Origin: Dinoroseobacter phage DS-1410Ws-06
Length of the DNA stretch: 32,000 bases
Sequence record: KU885988.1
Strand: one strand, 5' to 3'
Every line of letters begins with the position of its first letter. Within the stretch, counting starts at the first letter, position 1. The translations under genes were made by a program, and so were the position numbers. The notes below the pieces were generated by a model. The model ran no database searches, was not told the DNA's origin, and was given only the letters and a program-made list of their open reading frames with translations. Of the stretch, positions 13,929 through 20,453 are shown piece by piece.

Positions 13929-16517
13929 ATGGAAGTCATGAACAGCACCGAATTCGAGCAGAAGGATGTGCTTGTAGGTGGTTCCGGAAAAACCGGTAAA
14001 TTCACCGTCACTGATGACCCGCATTTGATGTCGATGCTTTCGACTTCATTGTATGCAAACCCTCTCCGCACAATGATTCAGGAGATCATGTTCAACGCTT
14101 GGGACGCCCACCGTATGGGGAAGTGCCAAGACAAACCAATTGACGTGTATCTCAACGAGACAACCGGTCTGATCGTCCGTGATTACGGTCCCGGTATCAA
14201 TCCAGCAGAGATCGACACGATCTACTGCTCCTATGGCAACTCCACAAAGCGTCAGGACGACACACAGACCGGTGGTTTCGGTCTGGGTTCCAAGAGTCCC
14301 TACGCTTACAACGACAGCTTCATGGTGACAAACCACCACGGTGGAAAGAAATCCATGTATATCATGCGTCGTGTTCATGACGAGAATGATGGTGGCCCCG
14401 GCTACGATCTGGTTGTGGAGAATGTTCCGACTGAAGAGACTGGCCTCATGGTCACTGTCCCCTTCAAGTCGAACTACGACCGTCAGAAAGCCTACAAGTA
14501 CATGAAAGAGATCCTGTTCCTGTCAGGAATCAAGGTGAACATTCATTACGAAGGCTCTGACGAAGAAGACGAACTCGTCGAAGCAGAAAGCCTCGCACCG
14601 GGTGAATTCATCAATGCTGATGAAGAGCCTTGTGGGCTGTATGCGGTTTATGGTGGAGTCAAATATGAGATCCCTACTCGTGATGAGTATTTCGAAAACT
14701 ATGAGTTCCTGAAGAAGCTCAGTCACCAGCTTGGTGCTTTGTATATTGGTTTCAAACCAAACAGCCTGACACCTTTGCCGAACCGTGAAGGTCTCAACAT
14801 GCGTGAACGCTCTATCGAGAGCATCACTGAGATCTTGGAGACGATTCAGGAGCACTTCTACAGCCACCTGATCCCTGCAACCAAGGCAACCATGATGGAG
14901 ACCCTTCAGGCTGCCAAGACCACTTCTCTCCAGCCCCAGTTTATTGCCTACAAGTGGCAACGGGTCGGAGATGCTCTGTCCATGAGTGAGATGGTTCCCC
15001 CAGCATGTCCTATCCACGATCTGCTGGAGAATCGTCGTCCTGAAGCCTTCAGTCCTTCCATGTGGATGAGTATCACCAAGCTCTGCTTGAAGAACTCCCG
15101 GTTTGTGGCAGAACTGATCAGTTTCGAGAAGTTCTGGAGCCTGAAAGGGCTTCTCTGGGCCAAAGAGTTCCCTGAGTATCGCCACTGGCGTTACAACATC
15201 ATAGACGCTTCCAAGAAGCCGGAAACCATCAACATGGAAGACCGGAGAGACTGGGCCAAGTGGATCATTGGTGTTCAGAAGAAAATCGAAGCAATCACAG
15301 ACGGTGATAACAAACCTCGTGTGAAAGGTGACAGTCACAAACTGAACTGGATGATCCTTACCAATCAGCGTCGTGCTGGGAAGTTCGATCACTTGTCTGG
15401 TCGTAAGAAAGACATCGTGAATGCTCTGGCTCGAACCAAGAAGCTCAAGATCCCGGAGAAATTCTACGATGATCAGCTTTGGTTCCAAAAAGACGGGAAT
15501 CCTTTCAACCACACCATGAAGCATGGTGCTGTTATTATTGCCAAAACTGCTCAGGCTCTGAATGACACCAGCTTCAGATTCCAGTCTCTGATGGTTCCCA
15601 GCAATCCTGACACCTACGGATATAGCTCCATGCACTGGAGTCAGTGGGTACACAATTCCAACATCCAGCCTATCGCTGGCTTCATCGTCCACAAGAAAAA
15701 AGGACACTATGATGCAGTCAAAGAGATGCTGGAGATGGAAGGCTATCAGGTCATCGAAGCTGATGAACCAGAAGTCAAAGTCCGTGTTGTGAAACAAGCA
15801 GATGGTGAAGAGGTTGAAGTCGAAGAGAAGCCCAAAGGCTTTCCCGTCGTCGATGTGCGTCGATCTCGTTGGAGTACGGACGAATACGTCCAGAAACCAA
15901 GCACATACCTCTACTGCACCGTCAGCAAGCTGGAAGGCTACGACAGGCCCTACAGCGAGTCTTTCGTCTCTCAGGTGATGAAATATGCACCGAAGATGGT
16001 GATGGTTCACAACAAGGTTCAGGCTGCCAAACTGAGCAAAAATGGCTGCCTGTCATTTGAAGAACGTGTGGAACAGATCGTCGAAGATCTGCTGGCAGAC
16101 AAAGAACGTATCCGGATCATGCGTCTGCATCAGTTCATGCACAAGAATTCGAGTCTTCCCAAAGAGTTACTCGACAATTCTGAAGTGCAAAAGATCTTCG
16201 GAGTCCCATATCTCCGGACTGCTCAGAAAGAGAAGTTCAACCGAGATCGGGAGTTCTTGAATGTCTTCATTCGAAATCGTCGTCATCATCGGTACTACGA
16301 TACCGATTCACTGGGTATCACACCCAAGCTGAAAGACATGGTGACACGAGCATTCGAAGTTGCAGACGAGGATGACTCTGTTGTTTTGGCTCGCAAGATC
16401 GCCAAGGTGTCCAACTGCTTCGACGAAAACGTGTTGCAGTCCATGGTTCACCAGATGAAACCGGGCGAACGCAAAATGTTCGCTCAAAAGATCATCAGAT
16501 TCTTGCGGACTGTTTGA
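13929..16517 (+). CDS. rIIA: rIIA-like protein (N-terminal GHKL/Bergerat ATPase fold)
   Basis: 'GGSGKTGKFTVTDDPHLMSMLSTSLYANPLRTMIQEIMFNAWDAH' parallels my recollection of the T4 rIIA N-terminus ([45 protein letters not shown]). GHKL boxes are present: N-box 'EIMFNAWDA', G1 'VRDYGPGI', G2 'TGGFGLGSKSPYAY'. I chose the ATG at 13929 because the track's TTG at 13851 would place the strong terminator 13881-13913 inside the gene. Confidence 0.8.
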   Translation: MEVMNSTEFEQKDVLVGGSGKTGKFTVTDDPHLMSMLSTSLYANPLRTMIQEIMFNAWDAHRMGKCQDKPIDVYLNETTGLIVRDYGPGINPAEIDTIYCSYGNSTKRQDDTQTGGFGLGSKSPYAYNDSFMVTNHHGGKKSMYIMRRVHDENDGGPGYDLVVENVPTEETGLMVTVPFKSNYDRQKAYKYMKEILFLSGIKVNIHYEGSDEEDELVEAESLAPGEFINADEEPCGLYAVYGGVKYEIPTRDEYFENYEFLKKLSHQLGALYIGFKPNSLTPLPNREGLNMRERSIESITEILETIQEHFYSHLIPATKATMMETLQAAKTTSLQPQFIAYKWQRVGDALSMSEMVPPACPIHDLLENRRPEAFSPSMWMSITKLCLKNSRFVAELISFEKFWSLKGLLWAKEFPEYRHWRYNIIDASKKPETINMEDRRDWAKWIIGVQKKIEAITDGDNKPRVKGDSHKLNWMILTNQRRAGKFDHLSGRKKDIVNALARTKKLKIPEKFYDDQLWFQKDGNPFNHTMKHGAVIIAKTAQALNDTSFRFQSLMVPSNPDTYGYSSMHWSQWVHNSNIQPIAGFIVHKKKGHYDAVKEMLEMEGYQVIEADEPEVKVRVVKQADGEEVEVEEKPKGFPVVDVRRSRWSTDEYVQKPSTYLYCTVSKLEGYDRPYSESFVSQVMKYAPKMVMVHNKVQAAKLSKNGCLSFEERVEQIVEDLLADKERIRIMRLHQFMHKNSSLPKELLDNSEVQKIFGVPYLRTAQKEKFNRDREFLNVFIRNRRHHRYYDTDSLGITPKLKDMVTRAFEVADEDDSVVLARKIAKVSNCFDENVLQSMVHQMKPGERKMFAQKIIRFLRTV

Positions 16518-16536
16518 TCAAACCAAGGAGACAGAC

Positions 16537-17961
16537 ATGTCTGATATGAAACAGATTGTGTCGATGCTGGCTGCTGAAGAGAAAATCACTCTCTTCACTG
16601 TCATGGGAGAGGTTCTCGAACTTCCTTCTGATGGGCCTCATGACACATCGAAAATCGCAGAGTATCTTACTCTGAAGCTCACTGGCGGTAACGTCGTTGA
16701 GCTTGACCTGAACGACTATCTCACGATCCACCGGGCAATCGTCCCAGAGGGTTACGAGAACACCGGTATCGTCGTGACTCACATCATCGACGGTGTGGAA
16801 GTTCAGGGCATCTTCTACCCTTCGAGCGTGGCTGTAGCCGTGCAGCATGAGGGTGAAGAGGTTGTGATCCCCAAGGTGGAGAAACTGGAGAAGCACGCCA
16901 ATCGTGCCAATGCAGAAAAATCACCGGCTGTACGGAACTTCCTCCGTCGGATCGCACCTGTTGCCAAGGATCGCCTTCACTCGGCAGAAGACCTTATGGA
17001 CTTCATCGAGCGTTCTGAATTGCCTCTGACCAACGACGGCATGATCATCGGATACAAGAAGGTGAACATGACTTCTGATGGCTACTTTGTCGATGTCCAC
17101 TCGGGCAAGATCAAGCAGCGTGTCGGTAGTCGTGTCTGGATGGACGTTGATGCGGTTGATCCCAGCCGTAATGCATCGTGCTCGCACGGTCTTCACGTCG
17201 CCAACCTTGGCTATCTGAGTGGCTTCAGTGGAAACCATACATTGATCGTCCTTGTGGACCCTGCAAACTTCATCGCTGTTCCGCACAACGAGACCAACAA
17301 GTGTCGAGTGTGTGAATATGACATCATTGGTGTCATGACAGCACGGGGCCATGAGATGGTTGATTCCGGCAGCTTCGTCAAAGAAGATCAGACGTTCAAG
17401 TCTGTCATTGCGGATGCTGTTGCAGGTCGGTCGATCAAGCCTTTCGAGGCTATCAAGGTCGGTAAGAAAGAGATCCTCGAAGTGGTGGAATTGGTCGAAA
17501 ATGACCTTCAGCCCCACATCGCTCTCGAACCCACTGGTGTCGAAACCAAGGAATCTTCTGGGGAGTCGCTCATGAGCGATAAGGCTCCTGAGAAGAAAGA
17601 GAAGAAGGACATCGTAAAGATGGCACGAAAAGCGACTGGTTCCAATCCATGGGACAATGCACCTTCCGAGGTGATCAACGCATTCACTGCATTGCGTGTT
17701 GGTTCGACAAAGACCGACGCTGCCAAGGCCGGAGATACGTCCACACGGACGCTGGCACGGTGGATGGACAAGTACGACTACGACGGCTGGGCCAAAGCTG
17801 CTGAAGGCAGCATGACCCGTGCTGAGCGTGCTCGCATGTACTTCAACAATGCAGCATGGGAAACGCTTGCGTCGTTCAAACGTCAGGCCAAAAAAGGCTG
17901 GGCGGCTCTGGGCTTCAACAAGCGTGAGATCTCTCAAATCGAGAAGAACCTCACCGCGTAA
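16537..17961 (+). CDS. rIIB: rIIB-like protein
   Basis: AAGGAG precedes the ATG. 'DGMIIGYKKV....SCSHGLHVANLGYLSGFSG.HTLIVLVDPANFIAVPHNETNKCRVCEYDIIGV' parallels my recollection of T4 rIIB (DGYFYAWKVV...CSRGLHVCSKSYIRHFGS...VKVKVHPRDVVSIPIDYNDAKMRTCQYEVVEDV). It is adjacent to rIIA, as in T4 and N4-like phages. It has an extra C-terminal HTH-like segment, 'GDTSTRTLARWMDKY'. Confidence 0.65.
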   Translation: MSDMKQIVSMLAAEEKITLFTVMGEVLELPSDGPHDTSKIAEYLTLKLTGGNVVELDLNDYLTIHRAIVPEGYENTGIVVTHIIDGVEVQGIFYPSSVAVAVQHEGEEVVIPKVEKLEKHANRANAEKSPAVRNFLRRIAPVAKDRLHSAEDLMDFIERSELPLTNDGMIIGYKKVNMTSDGYFVDVHSGKIKQRVGSRVWMDVDAVDPSRNASCSHGLHVANLGYLSGFSGNHTLIVLVDPANFIAVPHNETNKCRVCEYDIIGVMTARGHEMVDSGSFVKEDQTFKSVIADAVAGRSIKPFEAIKVGKKEILEVVELVENDLQPHIALEPTGVETKESSGESLMSDKAPEKKEKKDIVKMARKATGSNPWDNAPSEVINAFTALRVGSTKTDAAKAGDTSTRTLARWMDKYDYDGWAKAAEGSMTRAERARMYFNNAAWETLASFKRQAKKGWAALGFNKREISQIEKNLTA

Positions 17962-17973
17962 CCCATTGGGTGG

Positions 17974-18006
17974 ACGGGGTAAATACCCCGTTCACCTTTT
18001 GTTCTT
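17974..18006 (+). terminator. Probable rho-independent terminator
   Basis: ACGGGGT (17974-17980), loop AAAT, ACCCCGT (17985-17991), then TCACC TTTTGTTCTT. The T-tract is offset by 5 nt, so confidence is moderate. Confidence 0.55.
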
Positions 18007-18036
18007 AACACACGACTTTCCGCTGGGATTTGAAAA

Positions 18037-18366
18037 ATGAAACTCTCCACAGTAACCGACCGCCGTCAGCAGATTTTCGACCGCATTATGAAAAAAGTCA
18101 AAATCGACAAGGACTCCGGGTGCTGGAATTGGACAGGTGGAACCAGTGGTGAAGGACGTGGTGGTGGCTATGGCCGTATGAGTCTGGATGGACAGACTGT
18201 TGCGACTCATATCGTCATGTTCACTAACTTCTATGGCTACGTGCCATCGAAAAAACAGATTGACCACAAATGCAGAAACCGTTTGTGTTGTAATCCTGAT
18301 CATCTGGAGATGGTCACACACAAACAGAACCAAAGGAGACGTGCTCGTGGCGACATACTCGTTTGA
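18037..18366 (+). CDS. HNH homing-type endonuclease
   Basis: 'CWNWTGGTS...GGGYGRMSLDGQTVATHIVMF......IDHKCRNRLCCNPDHLEMVTHKQNQ' is the classic free-standing phage HNH pattern (CW.W.G...GYG....AHR....H.C.N..C.NP.HL...T...N). Confidence 0.8.
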   Translation: MKLSTVTDRRQQIFDRIMKKVKIDKDSGCWNWTGGTSGEGRGGGYGRMSLDGQTVATHIVMFTNFYGYVPSKKQIDHKCRNRLCCNPDHLEMVTHKQNQRRRARGDILV

Positions 18367-18847
18367 CCATATCGAACTAGACGAGGGTGATCAGGGGCTT
18401 GTCTTCATTCCCGGTGTCGGGTTTCGACCCAAGGATGTGACCGAAGAATTGTGCGGTCAGATCGTAGGTGAAAACCATTGCGAATCAGATAGTTGCGCAG
18501 GAAAATATGATCTACCTCTCATACCAGAGGTTTATGATCCACCTGTCATATACGCTGGACCGTATATTCCGCAAATATACTCTACACCGTATCAAACACC
18601 CGTCCCGGTTGTGTTCCCAATTTGGGAACTTCCAGTATGGGACTGGCCTGATTGGGATCCAAAAGATCCCACCCCGATCTGCTGGGACTGCCAACCACCA
18701 ACGACAACTTGTATCGGATGTGATACACCCCCACCCACAACTGATGACATCCCACCAGTAGACCTTGGTTCTTCTATGGTTTTCTTGCTGACTGGGATCA
18801 TCCTTTATGCAGGAGTATCGAGATGGATGAAGCCACGGGGTTATTGA
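18347..18847 (+). CDS. Pro/Cys-rich tail-anchored membrane protein (166 aa)
   Basis: GTG at 18347 lies 8 nt after AAGGAG (18333-18338). The track's 18188 start would overlap most of the HNH gene. The central region is Pro/aromatic-rich (PLIPEVYDPPVIYAGPYIPQIYSTPYQTPVPVVFPIWELPVWDWPDWDPKDP). A double CxxC cluster 'CWDCQPPTTTCIGC' sits at nt 18680-18721. There is a single C-terminal TM, 'SSMVFLLTGIILYAGVSRW'. No N-terminal signal peptide or lipobox. Confidence 0.55.
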   Translation: MATYSFDHIELDEGDQGLVFIPGVGFRPKDVTEELCGQIVGENHCESDSCAGKYDLPLIPEVYDPPVIYAGPYIPQIYSTPYQTPVPVVFPIWELPVWDWPDWDPKDPTPICWDCQPPTTTCIGCDTPPPTTDDIPPVDLGSSMVFLLTGIILYAGVSRWMKPRGY

Positions 18848-18987
18848 CCATCATCGCCATCACTTCGACCGTTACCTTCGGTCTGGTGATTTGCGGCCTC
18901 ATTATGCAGGCCATCAACTACGTTCGCATCAGCAAATACGAACGTGAAATCAAAGGACTGATCAATGATCTTCGTCTTCGGAAGTAA
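18823..18987 (+). CDS. Small single-pass membrane protein (54 aa); not in the ORF track
   Basis: AGGAG (18811-18815) lies 7 nt before the ATG at 18823. Translation: MDEATGLLTIIAITSTVTFGLVICGLIMQAINYVRISKYEREIKGLINDLRLRK, with an N-terminal TM and a charged amphipathic tail. It overlaps both neighbouring genes in different frames. Confidence 0.5.
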   Translation: MDEATGLLTIIAITSTVTFGLVICGLIMQAINYVRISKYEREIKGLINDLRLRK

Positions 18988-19381
18988 CAAAGCAGGCATC
19001 CACGGTGCGGGTGCTGCAAAATATGCACTCGAACATGAGGGTGCAGTGATGGGTATTGGTGAGGGTATCGTTGGCAACAGCTATGCTCTCCCAACCAAAG
19101 GACACAAGATCGAATTCATCCCACTCAGTGAGGTGGAACATTCGGTCACACGGTTCATCGAAGTCGCTGAATACTGGGCATTACGCGGGGGCGAGTTCAA
19201 AGTGACGCAGGTAGGGTGTGGTCTTGGTGGTTTCACCAAAGAACAGATCGCACCGCTGTTCAAACCAGCACCTGACAACTGTTACTTTGATGAGGAATGG
19301 AGACCGATCCTCGGAGACCGCTTCAAATACTGGGGAACTGTACCCAGTGACCCGCGTCTCAATACGAGATCGGTATTGTGA
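18965..19381 (+). CDS. Conserved phage protein with FGSN-x2-G-x-HG-x-GAA motif (Rossmann-like; function unknown)
   Basis: 'MIFVFGSNKAGIHGAGAAKYALEHEGAVMGIGEGIVGNSYALPTK' is a motif block I recognise from many phage and bacterial small proteins annotated as hypothetical. I cannot name the family with certainty. Confidence 0.6.
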   Translation: MIFVFGSNKAGIHGAGAAKYALEHEGAVMGIGEGIVGNSYALPTKGHKIEFIPLSEVEHSVTRFIEVAEYWALRGGEFKVTQVGCGLGGFTKEQIAPLFKPAPDNCYFDEEWRPILGDRFKYWGTVPSDPRLNTRSVL

Positions 19382-19384
19382 TGC

Positions 19385-19678
19385 ATGGCGAATTTTACTC
19401 GGAAGTTCGAGTCACCATCCGGTGACTACAACAACGGGTACATCTCTAAGGTCTTGGAGCCGCAACACAAAGACCAAGAAGTACACGTCACCAGAGGTAT
19501 CATCCAAGTCGATGTGCTATCTGGAGAAGTGAGTTTAGAGGGGCGTCTTCATCGAGATGCCCCTTGGGTTCCTCTCAAAACATGGACTCAGCCAGCCATG
19601 GAAGAGGTGGTTCTAGCGAATCAGCTTCGAATTGTGGTATCAGAATCAGCACACGCATGGCTAGGAGAAGTCCGATGA
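19385..19678 (+). CDS. Hypothetical protein (97 aa)
   Basis: ATG lies 3 nt after the upstream stop. The stop overlaps the next start (ATGA). No motif. Confidence 0.5.
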   Translation: MANFTRKFESPSGDYNNGYISKVLEPQHKDQEVHVTRGIIQVDVLSGEVSLEGRLHRDAPWVPLKTWTQPAMEEVVLANQLRIVVSESAHAWLGEVR

Positions 19679-19824
19679 TGAGTAGAATGCTCTCACCGAT
19701 GACCGGAAGGATGTTTCATCCTATGGTTGGTTCGCGGTATGAGGGCATTGAGTTCACTCCCGAACTCATCAAACTGCTCGTGCTCGGACGACTGAGACGG
19801 GCTTATGAAAGGAACGTGCTATGA
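19675..19824 (+). CDS. Micro-protein (49 aa) with periodic Met N-terminus
   Basis: AGGAG (19663-19667) lies 7 nt before the ATG at 19675. Translation: MMSRMLSPMTGRMFHPMVGSRYEGIEFTPELIKLLVLGRLRRAYERNVL. ATGA overlaps at both ends. This is the internal start of the track ORF 19564..19824. Confidence 0.4.
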   Translation: MMSRMLSPMTGRMFHPMVGSRYEGIEFTPELIKLLVLGRLRRAYERNVL

Positions 19825-19970
19825 CTTGGCGTGACTTTATTCTGGGTCTTGTCCGGACCCGGATCATCAACAATGTGACTGAGGCTGTCCTCACTGACAT
19901 TGACACCAACGGTCTGAGTGCTGCTGATGATGCCATCATTGATGCTTATCTGCTGACCACGAAGCCGTAA
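19821..19970 (+). CDS. Micro-protein (49 aa); not in the ORF track
   Basis: ATG at 19821 forms an ATGA overlap with the upstream stop. Translation: MTWRDFILGLVRTRIINNVTEAVLTDIDTNGLSAADDAIIDAYLLTTKP. It fills an otherwise unexplained 190-nt gap. Confidence 0.4.
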   Translation: MTWRDFILGLVRTRIINNVTEAVLTDIDTNGLSAADDAIIDAYLLTTKP

Positions 19971-20018
19971 GGCAACAGTCCCTCGGCCTCGGTCGGGGGA
20001 CACAACAAGGAGTTTCAC

Positions 20019-20390
20019 ATGCAAGTGGAAACCAAAGAACAAACCCTGTCTGAACAAGAAACAGGGTGGAGATGGTGGCTCTTCAACAAGTTCGGGCCTC
20101 CAGAACTTCGTAACCTCGTGAACTATATCAAGGACTTGACCGATGATGGTGCAGATCCTTTGATGATGTATCGCGGTGGTACATACCAATTCCACACTCG
20201 TGTGGCAGAGGGACAACAACCCTCAGAACCCTTCATCTTCCGGACCGAAGAAGAAAGATACTGCTTCGGTGTGGGGTTGAACTATGGTGTTCAGATTTGT
20301 GGCGGTCAGGCTCATGCCATGTCCGAAGAGCAGTTCGAAGAATTCAACGAGATGAAGAAAAAAGCCACTCACGGTGGTGGTAACGCTTGA
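20019..20390 (+). CDS. Hypothetical protein (123 aa)
   Basis: AAGGAG (20007-20012) lies 6 nt before the ATG. No recognised motif. Confidence 0.55.
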   Translation: MQVETKEQTLSEQETGWRWWLFNKFGPPELRNLVNYIKDLTDDGADPLMMYRGGTYQFHTRVAEGQQPSEPFIFRTEEERYCFGVGLNYGVQICGGQAHAMSEEQFEEFNEMKKKATHGGGNA

Positions 20391-20453
20391 TCCAGCTACA
20401 AGATCTTGGTACTCACCAAAATTCTGACAATCATCAAAACCAAGAGGCTTGCT

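Noticed and set aside
14523-16010. Very long (495 aa) antisense ORF inside rIIA.
   Set aside because: It is entirely embedded opposite a gene with strong motif support. Its translation is low-complexity, with no motif, no SD and no plausible start context. Long stop-free antisense frames occur throughout this window and fit codon bias of the sense strand.
19977-20001. GC-rich hairpin (GTCCC...GGGAC) after the micro-ORF ending at 19970, considered as a terminator.
   Set aside because: It has only about 5 bp of clean stem with a large irregular loop and no downstream T-tract.
20399-20408. Perfect 10-nt palindrome CAAGATCTTG upstream of nrdJ, considered as an operator.
   Set aside because: It is a single short palindrome with no second copy or flanking promoter elements, so there is not enough evidence.
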